The position numbers were made by a program, and so were the translations under genes. A stretch of DNA of 63,693 nucleotides, the filler included, from Pelomyxa schiedti (taxonomy: Eukaryota; Protista; Evosea), in assembly GCA_020536535.1 (NCBI GenBank). It is 14 parts of 14 records of this genome, joined end to end, with 100 filler letters (N's around TTAATTAATTAA, not from the genome) between each part and the next. Parts side by side here need not be neighbours in the genome. Positions count along the whole stretch, not along the records: positions 31,940 to 36,961 come from JAHLWZ010001533.1; positions 37,062 to 40,399 come from JAHLWZ010001761.1; positions 40,500 to 46,460 come from JAHLWZ010001460.1; positions 46,561 to 49,833 come from JAHLWZ010001775.1; 10 more parts are not named here. The stretch is one strand, 5' to 3'. Every line of letters starts with the position of its first letter. Positions within the stretch are counted from its first letter, which is position 1. Under the pieces are notes generated by a model that was given only the letters and a program-made list of their open reading frames with translations, had not been told where the DNA came from and searched no databases. This document shows, in pieces, positions 34,769 to 46,676 of the stretch.

Positions 34769-36961
34769 TCAATTTCCGGAAGTATCAGAAACCTAAAAAC
34801 AGCCCTTTAGTGAATTTGGTTTCGTATTTTTGACGTCACACCATTGGTTGAAGAAGGTCTCTGAAGAATTTGGTAAGTTCAACTCGGTGTTCTGCCTGCT
34901 CCGTTTCCAGTGCTTTTTGTTGTTTGGCTAAATCCTGCTCGAATTTTCGGAATTGTTCCGCTTGTTGCTATTTTTTTTAGGTCAACGTGAAGAAGTTGAA
35001 ACTTAAATAGCCACACACTTCAGATAACTCTTGGGCGAATTTCTCTTCTTCCTTGTGCAGTTCCTCTTCGGTCATGGGATTTTTGGTTTTCTCCCGTTGT
35101 TTAGCAATGATCTTCAGCTTTTTTGAATATTCCTTGCGCTGTAGCTTCATATCTGATTCTAGCTGTTTCTGCATTCTTGCCTTCGCCTAGGAATGTCAGC
35201 TAGGATATCCTGCTGGTCAATTATTACCTCAAGGTGTTGCTCTTGGAGAAGTTTTTGCTCCAGTATAGTCATTTCATTGAAAAATGAAATATTGATCTCA
35301 CACGACTTTGTAAGATGCACAATCTGAGAACACAAGGTCACTGTCAATCATAGGAATAATACGTTTTATGACTTTAGATACCTTAAGGCGTTGTGATTCT
35401 TGAGCACTGGATTTGTCTAGTTTGGCCATCTCTTCGGTATGCACTGCACTAAGAGCACTCAGTACCTCCATCTCTTTAGGTTTGTTGGATTCTTCCGATT
35501 TTCTAGAGTCTGTAAGAACAGATTTCCTCTGCTCACGTAGCTTAGCTTGCTCCTCTCTTTTCTGTGGAATAAAGTAAGAATGTACTCCATTAAGAAAGGA
35601 TGGATAACATGTTTAGCAACAAGGTCAGCCTTTTTTTGTTCTAGAACCTTGGCGGCATTTTCAAGGTCTTTGAGGTGCGCTCTTTCCAAGTCATGTTCAA
35701 GCTAAGTATGAGGTGAATAGAATTATGGAATCAGAACAAAATTACTTTGAGATTGCGCGCTTTTGCCTCTTTGATCAATTTTTCCTGTCCTTTTGTGGGT
35801 GTAAAGCCTGCTCTTGTTAACCTTGGTGGTTGGATAATCGCTGGGATCTCGATCTCCAAGTGATCTTCCCCCAAAATGTTAATTTCACAACAGGTGAAAA
35901 TCGAAGCATACCGGCTTCAACAGATTTGTCTGAAGAAGCAGTGGTGGTGTTGGAGTCAACATCTGCATTTTCAGGAGGGGTGTGGGAAGAATCCTCACTT
36001 TCTTGAACTATAGATGGTGTAGTTGGAAGAGGTGAGAGTGCTCGTGGGGGGCATAAGATGGGAGATGATGATGAGGAGGATGATGATTCTGAATCTAGTG
36101 ACCCATGCTGTGACAAATTTAGAGGTGAGGCTATTTGTGGTGATTGTATGGGGGAGGAGGGGGGAGGAAGAATTGGTGAATTGGGGGCTGGGACATTGTC
36201 TCCAAGTGGATTTGGTTGAGTTGGAATTTGAGGACTTTCAGAAATCTGTAATTGCAATTCAGGTAGTTCTGTACATGTGCGTTTGTCTGTGATTTCTGTG
36301 CTAGACACTTTATCTGACAAATCTGCACTTAGTGATTTTTCTGGCAGCTCAGTATTCTCGGGTTTTTCTGCTTTTGGTTTCAGAGTAATAGGAGACATAA
36401 TTACTGGCTGTGCTGGTGGTTGGGAATGTGCCTGTGTTGGTGTGGACGTAGGAGGGGAACTTGGAGTTAGGGTTGGTGTCAAAGTGGGTGTCACTGTTGG
36501 TGAGGGGGCAAGTGGGATGGTTGCTGGGGTTGCAGTAGGAGTGAAAAATTGTGACTGTGCCAGCATTTGAAGGGAATTGGCCACCTCAATAGTGGCGGAG
36601 TCCCGGTTTGAGGGCAGATATAGTAAACTTACTTTGCGTGACAGTCCTTTCTTGTGTTCGAAATTTAGGCTATCTACAACATTGTTGGGTAAAACATACC
36701 GCTTTGGTTGGGCTGAGTGTATCATAACGGGGTTTGGGTGAAATAAGACGCCCAGTGATAGGTTTGAGTGGAACTGGGCCTGAACCCCACCCTTTGCTAT
36801 TGGCGAGATTTCCAATGGAGATAAGGGATTTCTCATACTGGGAGGCTTTTTTTGCCAACTGTTCTGCCAGAGAAGGTTTTGTGCACAACGCCACAGAAGA
36901 AGGAGGAGTTATGTGATATGAAGAAGGTCTCATCTGCAGGAGGGCACCAGCAGATTGGGGT
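34769..36961 (-). CDS. Ser/Pro-rich protein with a C-terminal coiled coil (resembles STE20/SLK-type tails), 5'-truncated
   Basis: 339-aa S/P-rich ORF followed by E/K/Q-rich exons (LEQKLLQEQHLE, MQKQLESDMKLQRKEY) separated by short introns; no catalytic domain visible. Confidence 0.55.
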
Positions 36962-37061
36962 NNNNNNNNNNNNNNNNNNNNNNNNNNNNNNNNNNNNNNN
37001 NNNNNTTAATTAATTAANNNNNNNNNNNNNNNNNNNNNNNNNNNNNNNNNNNNNNNNNNNN

Positions 37062-37465
37062 AACACACAAACACACCCAGATATCTCCACGAAAGTGTGG
37101 GTGAAACCACCAACACGAGGGATAACACCACCAGGCATGCGAGGCCACGCGGCGGCAGTGATTGGTGATGAAATGTTTGTGTTCACTTGTGATCCCCCTT
37201 CGTCACCATCTTTCATGGCTTTGTTCAAGTATCTTCTTATCTCATCTCTCTTTCACCTTTTTCCAAACTGACTGAAACACAGACTCACACTGGGATCACC
37301 AACCTTCGAGTGGTCACGTGTTGAAATCGGGAACACACCACCGGTTCGTGAATTCCACACTCTTCTTTCATCGGAGGATGGTCTGTTGATACTGGCAGGT
37401 GGCCGCGAACTTGCCGCAACCACTGGCACCCCCTCGGGTGTGTGTGTTTGTGTGTTTGTGTGTTT

Positions 37466-37511
<46 letters not shown>

Positions 37512-37995
37512 GCTTTTCCCCCTTCTACTGACAACCTCACTCAACAAACCACAGGGAGGATTCACGGAGATGGGTGGCGGTTGCAACTTTTCAGAAACGT
37601 TTTTAAAATGCTTCCACAAGAACTGTGGATGTTCATTTTCTCGTTCTGTGATCCAAAAGACCTCTTCCGGCTTTCCGCTGTGTGTGCACATCCCCTTCCC
37701 CTCAATTAATAACCGGTTCCGCACCTAATTCCACCTTTACGTTCTTCATTCCGCACTGCACAAACTGTCAGTTCCAATGAATAATTCACATTTTGCACAC
37801 AGGTGTGCCGGGATTTCAGAACAGTTTCATCGTCTGACATTCTTTGGAAGCAATTCGTTCCGGCAAACATGATGAAGACCAACAAGGGTTCCACTCTCAA
37901 GTCCTTGTTCCGATCTCCAAAAGCTGAATGGTATGTGCCTTTTTCTTTGCCAGAATTTCGTTCACCCTGCACAACACAGGATTTTTGTTCCCTGA
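37062..37995 (+). CDS. Kelch-repeat protein with a C-terminal F-box, 5'-truncated
   Basis: PPGMRGHAAAVIGDEMFVF and PPVREFHTL..LILAGG (kelch); FKMLPQELWMFIFSFCDPKDLFRLSA|VCRDFRTVSSSDILWK (F-box). Confidence 0.75.
37438..37504. repeat. (GT)n / (GTGTGTTT)n microsatellite, probably intronic
   Basis: Seen directly in sequence. Confidence 0.9.
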
Positions 37996-38100
37996 GAACA
38001 AGTGATGGAGATGTGGATGCTTGAGTTACCTTGTTACCTGTTTCTTAACAAAATTGTTTCCAAGTTGGGCGCTTTCTGAGAAACATCAAAAAAAACCAAA

Positions 38101-39345
38101 ATGCAAGAATTTGGAGACGTTACAATCCAACGTGTGATCGACGCACGTGAGCAAATTTTGGTGCTGTGTCTCGTTGCACTGCGCAACCCATGGCCACCGC
38201 CCACAATCCCGACTCGCGCGTGCGCTTTTCTGACAAACGACGTTGTTCGGCTCATCGGTGAGCGTTGGGTCCTGACCCCCGTGAGGCGCTTCATCGTCCA
38301 CTCGCACTCCACTGGCCTGTCGGCTCGCACAGCCGTTGTCTCGCTCGGATCCACAGCGGGGGTCGTCGGCGTCGACGTTGACTGCACCGGCGGGGGAGGG
38401 GGAGGCGGGCTCCTGTGCGACCACTCGGTGATGTGCTGGCTGGGCCGCGACAAGCTGATGCTCCTCGACCCCTGTTACAACGACGACCCCTACGCCAACC
38501 CCCACGAACATCTCAAGGTGTTGGACGCGGCACACGTGGGTTCCCTCGTGCCCAAAGTGCAATGCCTCGAGTCGCCAGACGGCTACGGGCCCAAAAGAAT
38601 CTGGGGGAACCACAAGTGGGCCATCGCCCAGTGCTCCCGAGGGACGTTGTACCTACACAAGGTGGAGGAAGTGCTTGCTAAAGATGATGATGATGCGGGT
38701 GGCCATTCAGCATCAAGAAGGAGCAGTGCGTGGGTGTGTATCGATGCCGGCGGACATGGTGCTGATGGAGATGATGATGTGGATGTGGATGTAGTGTTCT
38801 CGCACACTGTGCCTGGCGATGCCATTGGGGAGGGCGACGAGGCCTCTGTGCTGGTGTGCCTTGGAAAAAATGCAAGGAAGACTATCACTGTGGACTTGGC
38901 AGAGAGCTTCTCGAGGGGGTCGTTGGTTGCTGTGACTGAGGGTACCGAGTGTGCGACTTCGCAGTGGGCGCGATGGCATCCGTTCCTGTTCATGGATGGC
39001 ATTGGCAACCAAGTGCTTGTGCAAGAGGAGTTTGAATCAGGTGCTTGTGTGTTTGCAGTGAACATCACGACAGGTCAGAGAACCAAGCTTCGCTATGATT
39101 GCGCATCTGTTTTGAAGGTCGACAACCAGCTTGTGAAGCTGGACACCACCACATACAACGTGTTCACAGGGCAAATTTGCACGCTCGTCCCAAGTGATGG
39201 GATGCCTCAGACCATCCTGGACCGCGGTTTGGTTGTTGTGCCAGCATCATCAGGCACATTGTTTTACCGAGCAGTGATTGACACACATACTGGGTCCACA
39301 CTGTGCCGTTTGATTGGTCCTAGTACTTTGATGTCATTCCTCTGA
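38101..39345 (+). CDS. Expanded uncharacterised family member, 414 aa, intronless
   Basis: VIDAREQILVL, IGERWVL, GNHKW, VDLAESFSRGSL, VIDTHTG. Confidence 0.8.
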   Translation: MQEFGDVTIQRVIDAREQILVLCLVALRNPWPPPTIPTRACAFLTNDVVRLIGERWVLTPVRRFIVHSHSTGLSARTAVVSLGSTAGVVGVDVDCTGGGGGGGLLCDHSVMCWLGRDKLMLLDPCYNDDPYANPHEHLKVLDAAHVGSLVPKVQCLESPDGYGPKRIWGNHKWAIAQCSRGTLYLHKVEEVLAKDDDDAGGHSASRRSSAWVCIDAGGHGADGDDDVDVDVVFSHTVPGDAIGEGDEASVLVCLGKNARKTITVDLAESFSRGSLVAVTEGTECATSQWARWHPFLFMDGIGNQVLVQEEFESGACVFAVNITTGQRTKLRYDCASVLKVDNQLVKLDTTTYNVFTGQICTLVPSDGMPQTILDRGLVVVPASSGTLFYRAVIDTHTGSTLCRLIGPSTLMSFL

Positions 39346-39657
39346 TGAAATGAAGGAATCACACACCACACCAGGGCTCCCACTGTGTTTCACCCAAAAT
39401 ACAAGAATTGTTGTCTCATCAACCATTGTTGTATTGATTGGATCCACAACACTGACTGAGGCTCCTCTCAGTACAACCACAGTGCAATGTTCTTTTCTTG
39501 GGGTGGCCAGACTAGTCTTCATCTTGCTGTTCTGTATACAACAATAGAGCCCACCTAAAATACTTGGTAAAAATAAAAGGAAAGGTAACCACCCAAAAGT
39601 AGTTCACTTCGTGGGCTCTGAGATACGTATCTCTGATTATTTAATTAATTCTGAGAA

Positions 39658-40399
39658 ATGCAAGCTAGAAGGCAAACGGCAATAGAAAGGGTGATCAACG
39701 CACGAGATCAATTCGTGGCGATGTGCCTCGCACTGTGCCCTCCACCCATACCACCACCCACAATTCCGTCACACCGGCCAGCTCTCCTCACAACCGACGT
39801 GGCGAGGCTCATCGGTGAGAGCTGGGTGCTCACCCCCGCCCGTCGTTTCATTGTTGTGAGCAAATCGTTCCCTGTACCCGCCGTAGTCGTTTCCGTCGGC
39901 CACACACTGGGCGTCATCAGCACCGACGAGACCGACGTTGTGTGGACCAACCGCCACACACTTAGGTGCTGGCTGGGCTGCGACAGGGTTCTCCTGTCCT
40001 GCCGCGAGCCTTTCCGCTGCCCTATCCCCAACAACGAGCTGGAGGTCGTGGAGTGGACCAAGGGTGGGCGCGGTGTTGTTCTCTGGACCAAGGCGGTGTC
40101 ACCTGGGGAGTGCACGCAAGTTTGGGGGAACCATAAGTGGGTTGTGAAGTTGGGTTCTGCTTGGATTATGTCCATCTTGCGGAATCCAAGTGAGCCTGCT
40201 GTGGAGGAGGAGGGGGTGGTGCTTGTGATGCGTCATCATCATCAGCTGCTGCCACCACAACTTCAGTGAAAGTAAAAACACGGCCAAGAAATTGGGTGGA
40301 CATTCCTGCTGAACTTGGTGACCAGGTTGATGTTGTGTTCTCCCACAATGAGCCCACTGAACTCGTTGGGTCTGGCGACGAGGCCTCGGTGCTGGTGCG
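39658..40399 (+). pseudogene. Tandem paralogue of 38101-39345 with a frameshift at ~40195-40265; 3'-truncated
   Basis: Homology (VINARDQFVAM, IGESWVL, GNHKW) in frame 1 stops at 40269; homologous WVDI..DVVFSH...GDEASVLV continues in another frame. Confidence 0.6.
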
Positions 40400-40499
40400 N
40401 NNNNNNNNNNNNNNNNNNNNNNNNNNNNNNNNNNNNNNNNNNNTTAATTAATTAANNNNNNNNNNNNNNNNNNNNNNNNNNNNNNNNNNNNNNNNNNNN

Positions 40500-41400
40500 C
40501 CAGTGCCCCTAAGCATTCTTCTGACTCGTCCTGTGGGCAAGAAGCAAGTGACAGTGAATCAGACTCTCCCACCCAAGTGGCAGCCCATAAGCGATCTAAA
40601 GCTCCACAAGAAAAGCATGGTGGAAAAGGAAAACAACCGCTGCCCAATAGGGGGTCAGCCAAGTACCAGTCCCAGTCCTGCCCCCCAAAGCAAAGGAAAA
40701 GCCCCCCAAAAAATACATTTCCTGTTGTTGGTGGTTAGGAAAGCCAATGGACAGTCCTGTGGCATGGAAGGGAATGGGGAATGGGAGAGAAACCAGTGTG
40801 AACGTCACCATGAGCAACAGGAGGAAACTGGCAGTGCAAGTGATCCAGGCCTGCTGCAACATCTCTCAGAATCTTTTCCCTCAGGCACATTGGAAGTAGC
40901 TGTTCCAGAAGAAGACGCGCTTTTTGTTGTGACAGTGGTTTCAAAATACACGCTTCCAGCAAGTATGACAAGGAAAATGTGTTCCCATTAGGGATGCAAG
41001 AGAAGGGGAAAAACGATTCGAAATGGAGCTGAGTCAGGGGTGGAGGAATGCTTTCAACCAATTCATACTCGGGGAATTTTTTGCACCCATGGCCAAACCC
41101 AATGAATTTCACAATGTTGGTATGGTCTGGAAATGGTACTGTGTGTCTAGGGTTCACCCAAGGACTTCCTTTTAGGTAATTCTCCACTCGTTTGACTGTC
41201 AGTGGTTCTTCATTTTCAAGACCTGGCCAGTTTGTCCTGGTGATTGTGGAGCCAGTCACTTCCTCATCAGTGAGACTCAATGTATCTGGGTAGAAGCAGT
41301 CAGAGTAGCCAATCTCTGCCTTGGCAGCTTTACTGCACTTGTCCATGGCAATGTCCTGAGAGTAACCACCATGTACAGCCACCATTGTCTGCAATAGTTT
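40500..41400 (-). CDS. Degenerate Roco/TKL-like kinase, N-terminal half
   Basis: HTNIVKFIG, ELVESIPPP, LPMCLREKILRDVAAGLDHLH..PPVAHGDVHT|GNVF; no GxGxxG or DFG visible. Confidence 0.55.
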
Positions 41401-41429
41401 GTTTGTCTCACAAACCAACAACAAACCAC

Positions 41430-42197
41430 AGGGGTCTCAGTCCAGAGGTCATCTTGTGGCAGCAAACACAAATAGAAATCAAAGAGGATCCTGCAACATT
41501 TGGAAACCAGTATCCACAATATGACAAGACAAAGACTGATGTGTGGAGCTTTGGTTTGTTGACTTCCACTCCTTTGACAGAAACAATCTCACGTTGTGCA
41601 AAGGGATTCTTGTTCATGCTGTTGTGGCCCCACTGTCCTTGGTTTACCTCAAATCAACTTCAGGTCTCTCCATTTCTACTGGAAGATTGCAGTGGCAGCA
41701 TCAGGAGGAAGCAGTAAGTGCAACATCACCATCAGTTGCCTCCCTCCCACATTGGCCCAAGGACAAACCTCCACCTTCTTCACCCAACTACACACCATCA
41801 CCAACTGACGGTTCTACAGTCGGCAAGAAGAGTAAGAAGAACACTCATCGTGGTAAGGGGCTCTCTCCTCATCCAATTGCCTCCCCCACCTCACCCAACA
41901 ACACCAAACACAGGTTCCAGTCACTCCAAACAAGTGGCACCCACCAGACAAGTTGAGAGGGGCTTGGTTGGGAATGCACTTGCCAGTGGAACACTGGTCG
42001 TTGGCTTCCAAGAGGGCACTGGCATGATGATGCTCACACCCGCCATGGGTGACAACCCCAACCAACATCAGCAACAACAACAGGTTGAGGAACCGTTTCC
42101 GCGATGGGCACAGCAGCTGGTGACACTGTGCCTCGTTGCGGAGCCAACAAACAGGCCCACCATCCAACAGCTGTTGGTTGTGTGGAATTACTACTAG
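41430..42197 (+). CDS. Kinase C-lobe fragment of the same family
   Basis: GLSPEVI, KTDVWSFG, FPRWAQQLVTLCLVAEPTNRP; matches the C-terminus at ~19290-19398. Confidence 0.55.
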
Positions 42198-43190
42198 TTT
42201 CAAGTCCGATTTTTTCAGCAACAGGTGACCCTACACACGTTTACGCAATGTACACCCACCACGACCATCAGACCTTTCTCATCGAGTTTTATGATTCCCA
42301 CTAGATCCGGGACTTGGGGTAAAATACAAAAAAACCAGTTTCCTGAGTGACAACAAGAAACACATGTGAACACTGTGTTGCCCACACTGTTGTGTTGCAG
42401 TGATTTTAATAGACGTCACACCCCAGAACAGTGGTGGACGTGTCCTGACACCCAAACAAGACCGTCGCACCACCGTGATCGAGGCCACACACTCCCCGTT
42501 TTTCTCCCTCCAACAACAAAAGCACGGTCACACACGACGTTCAGAACGAAACCCAGCTCCCGAAGTTTTTTTGATGGGTTGTCGGCGTCTTGTAAAAAAA
42601 TCGGTGCGTGACAAAAATTCGATTTTGTGCGTCGTTTTTCTCGGCTCCGGAGCCTCTGTGTGTCCTGGAAACACGCTCCCCGGGCAGCCCCATCGTCGGT
42701 CTGCCTGGGCTGCGCACTTCCCGCCAACTTGGAGGCCCCAGTGCGGAGAACCAGGCCCACGCACTTTTCACTTTTGGTGCGTCCACGCACCCACCAAAAA
42801 TCTCTGATCTGCGCTTTTTCGCACACGCTGGTGTTTTTTTTCGCGCACCAGTGCGTCCCGTTTTCCTCATAAAATTTTCCTCATTTTATTTTTGCTCAGC
42901 CTTGGAGTGCGGGAGCGTGTGTGGTTCGACGACGGTTAATGGTGTGAGTGGGCGTGGTTGGTCAGTGTTGTTGGTGACAGCTTGAGAAGTGCCACTGAAC
43001 ATTGATTGTGGAAAAAATAACAAGGGAGGTGTGGCGGGGCCACACTGCGACTCACCACTTTCAAACTGTGACTCCCCACACAAAACAGTCGTTTTGGCAT
43101 TTTACCCCAAGTCCCGATCAGTTTTCTCTTGATTTAGGTCTCTCCGTTTCTAGTGGAAGATTGCAGTGGCAGCATAAACTTACAACTCCT

Positions 43191-44420
43191 TCATTGGCTT
43201 CCAAGGGATAACTTTGTTAAGGAACCGCGGTGCGATGGTTGTTGCAACAGACACACCCCACTGGCACCATCCACAATATCAAAGCTGCTTTCATGCCAGA
43301 ACACAATGAACCCATTCCCACAGAGAAAATTGCCATGCAGTGGCAAGGTACGAATGGGGTGATGGAAGTCATCAGTTGAAAAAACACTCAGTGTGTTGTT
43401 GGCTCTATCTTCCCCTGCGAAGTGGGTGTCATCAACCTTGAAAATCTCATGTTGAAAAAGAGAGTGGTGCAAAACGCGCAGGTTTGGAAAGGGTGACTTC
43501 CATTGAGTGTGGCCATCAACATGTGGAAATGACATGATGACGGTATGCTCTTTCGAGTGGAAGAAGTTGACCCTTCCAACAGTATCGAAACCATTGAACC
43601 TGCCTGTTACCACAACATGTCCAGACTCGAACGAACCTTTCAAGTCCACACACCACATGTCAAGCATGTGCCCACCACCGTCCTCCATTGTCATGACAGC
43701 AGCCTCGCCATCACTGATCATGTCCACCCACGCTGTTCGCTTCCCCACGTCCACAGTCTTCCCCATCGGTCTTCCTGCATTCACAGCAGGCATCACCACG
43801 ATCGATTGCACATGCTCCCAGATCACAACCCACTTCCTTCCCTTGGACACATTGAAGGACCACATCCCCATGAGCCCTGGGTCATCCGCCACGTCAATCA
43901 CCTCGTGCGTCACCATGTTTGCAACTGCAATTTTGCCGTCAATCAAAGCCACGGCAAGACGGCCTCCAATCATCCCCTCAGGCTTCAAGTGGATCTCGTC
44001 ACTGACGAACCTTGACCTCCTGTATGCGTGGATATCAACAACGCCGAGTGTCGGGGATACACCGACGAACACGAAGTCCAGGATTCTGAGATCACTGGAG
44101 ACTGTGGAGCTGCCCAGGGGAGGGACAAAAAGGCCATCTCCGGAGAGCACGATCCACCTGTCGACGTGCACCACCCACTTCGCCCCGATTTCATCGGCAA
44201 TTATGGGAGCAGGGAGGACGCTGGCGGGGCTGCGCCTCCCACAATGTGGAACGAGGCACGTGAAGAGGGCGACGATTTGCTCCCGCGCCCTGATGACGTG
44301 TCTCGGTGGTGACAGAGTTCCAGGAATGAACTTTTCGATTCTGCTGGGCTCGTGTTGCGCAGCCTCCGTCCACATCAATAAACAGGAAGAGGTGATGATG
44401 ATCAGCCAGACACCCCACAA
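43191..44420 (-). CDS. Expanded uncharacterised family member, ~400 aa, intronless
   Basis: VIRAREQIVAL..PHCGRRSPA, IGAKWVV, VGVSPTLGVV, GRKW, VDLKGSFESG, IVDGASG. Confidence 0.8.
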   Translation of the reverse strand: MWGVWLIIITSSCLLMWTEAAQHEPSRIEKFIPGTLSPPRHVIRAREQIVALFTCLVPHCGRRSPASVLPAPIIADEIGAKWVVHVDRWIVLSGDGLFVPPLGSSTVSSDLRILDFVFVGVSPTLGVVDIHAYRRSRFVSDEIHLKPEGMIGGRLAVALIDGKIAVANMVTHEVIDVADDPGLMGMWSFNVSKGRKWVVIWEHVQSIVVMPAVNAGRPMGKTVDVGKRTAWVDMISDGEAAVMTMEDGGGHMLDMWCVDLKGSFESGHVVVTGRFNGFDTVGRVNFFHSKEHTVIMSFPHVDGHTQWKSPFPNLRVLHHSLFQHEIFKVDDTHFAGEDRANNTLSVFSTDDFHHPIRTLPLHGNFLCGNGFIVFWHESSFDIVDGASGVCLLQQPSHRGSLTKLSLGSQ

Positions 44421-44520
44421 TCCAGACGTTGTTCAATACAACCGAGGGAGGTTCTACTCAGGGCAGATCATACAGACCTTTCTGAAACAACAACATCATC
44501 ACGTCAATCAAAGCAGGAGA

Positions 44521-45910
44521 ATGACCGAACAACAGGAACACCGGGGTTGTGATTGTTGTTGGCTTGTGTGGTGTTGCAATTGTGACGTGGAAGTGATGTT
44601 GGCAATCTGCAGGTTGGTTGTCGGTTCTTGTTTTTTTTCTTTTTTCCCTGCCCCGTCTGTTTGCTTTTTTTGCGGCCATTTTAAAAAGGTTTTTGTCCAC
44701 AGGAAACTGAATGGGAGGGAACTTCAACGACTTGCAGTCGCATGCAAGGCACTTTACAATTGCATTTGTGGCACACAGCACGACTCTCTTTGGGCTCACT
44801 TGTGCTTTTTGGATTTCGGAATCATTCCCGCCACTGTTCCTCCTCTTCAAACAGCTTCGTCCATGGCTGGTGATGGGAGATCACTTCGTTCAGATGTCAG
44901 TTGTGCTTCCTCTTCTGCTGTGAAAGGAGGGGGAACACTGACGACAGGAGACGGCAAAACACTGGTTGCATTCAGCTCTGCTCCGAGGGTGGCAAGTGCT
45001 CCTCTCCGTCAAACTCCGTGTGTCACAACCAACCAACCATCCAACAAATTAAACCCGCACACTCACACTTGAAACTCTCGCATACTTACTTGTCCACAAA
45101 AAGAACAACCAACTCAATATATGATCTAACATATGTTCAGGCAAGAATGCGATGGAATGGAAGTGGACCGCCGCATGGTGTGGATTTGTGCACAAGGCAA
45201 AGGTGGCTCCACTTGGCAAAGCTGCCCAGGTGATGAAGAAGATCCATATTTTCTTCCCTCCCCCTCTCACATGCACAGACACTTTTTCGCCGATCTGATT
45301 ACTCCTTTTTTCAGATCCAAAAACATGGCAAATGATTGGAAAGACCCTGGTTGACAGGTTCTATGCAACGTCAGAGAGCAATTTGAACAAGATTCTGTGC
45401 TGGTATTTCAAGGCCTTGACGTGGGCTCCGGTTCTCTGTTTTGAGGTGCCTCCCTCCCCCACTCACAATCACAACCAATCAAACAATGATTCACTTTGGC
45501 CACCATCAACACCGTGTCAACGCAACAACCCCATCATCTCACTCATCCACTTCATTCACTTTTCCCACTACACTCATTCAATCAATAAGATGGAGAACGA
45601 AGCAGATTCAGACTCCTTTTACCAATGGCTTTATACCGGAACTGACATCTTGGTGTCATCGTTTCCCAGTGATCATTGGTTCTTGGAATTGTGCAAAAGA
45701 GGGTATGATGTGTCCATTTGTGTGCTGAGCCAAGGCTTTGAATTCAAAATCGCACACAGGAAGGGGCACTGTCAAATGAACGATTTTACATGCCAGTTTG
45801 TTGATCAAAATCGGTTCCCGATCCATTGCAGTGGTATTGGCTTCGTTTCGTATCAATTTCAAAAAGCCAACAAAAGAGCTCCTGGTGCATCCTCCCAGAA
45901 ACGATTTTGA
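44521..45910 (+). CDS. F-box-like protein (multi-exon)
   Basis: LNGRELQRLAVACKALY...DSLWAHLCFLDFG is the second half of an F-box plus its LW motif; downstream exons not recognised. Confidence 0.55.
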
Positions 45911-45926
45911 GGAAATCACCATTCAA

Positions 45927-46460
45927 ATGGCACAGGGTTTACTCCAATCTGTCTGCCCTCTCTGCCAACCCTCCCATTCGAGGTTTTTTTGTTGTTATTA
46001 TTGTGGCAAAATTCACCTCACTGATGTTGCAACAGGTGGAGACATCTTGTTTGTGAAGTGTGAAAAACAGAAACCAGCGAAAGCGAGCCGGAAAAAAACC
46101 AAACTCACAGAGCACCAGTGCTACACTGGCCCCTGGGCATCATTCCTTGTTGTGATTGGCCTTTCTGGTTCTGGCAAGAGAACTCTGGTTGGGAAATTGC
46201 GCCAGATGTTTCCGTGTGTCGTTCTTGTTGTTTTTCATCCTGCTTCTGATTTTTTTGGTTTTCCAAATTAATACATATGCAATATACTGGCAACCATAAC
46301 CAGCCAAATATAATAATATTCTTAAGTGTGAATAGTACCAATAAATAATTCTGCGTTTGCGTGCTTTCAACTGACGAGTTTTTTTGAAAAGGTACAACAA
46401 CTCCACATGCCCTTGTTACCGCGAAACTGTTCAGGAACAGAACATGACGGCCGTTTATTT
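45927..46460 (+). CDS. P-loop protein (guanylate-kinase-like start), 3'-truncated
   Basis: LVVIGLSGSGKRTLVGKLRQMFP Walker-A-like motif at ~46150-46215. Confidence 0.35.
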
Positions 46461-46676
46461 NNNNNNNNNNNNNNNNNNNNNNNNNNNNNNNNNNNNNNNN
46501 NNNNTTAATTAATTAANNNNNNNNNNNNNNNNNNNNNNNNNNNNNNNNNNNNNNNNNNNNTTGATCGATGGTTTGACCAACTGGGGTGATGTTCACCCAA
46601 CAAGTTGGCCAGCGCCACCAACATGGTCCGTCCACGTTTTTTACAAGCTGCAAGCTGGCAACTTACAAAACATACT

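Noticed and set aside
43507-45072. 521-aa plus-strand ORF
   Set aside because: Mostly the antisense shadow of the 43191-44420 gene running into the F-box gene.
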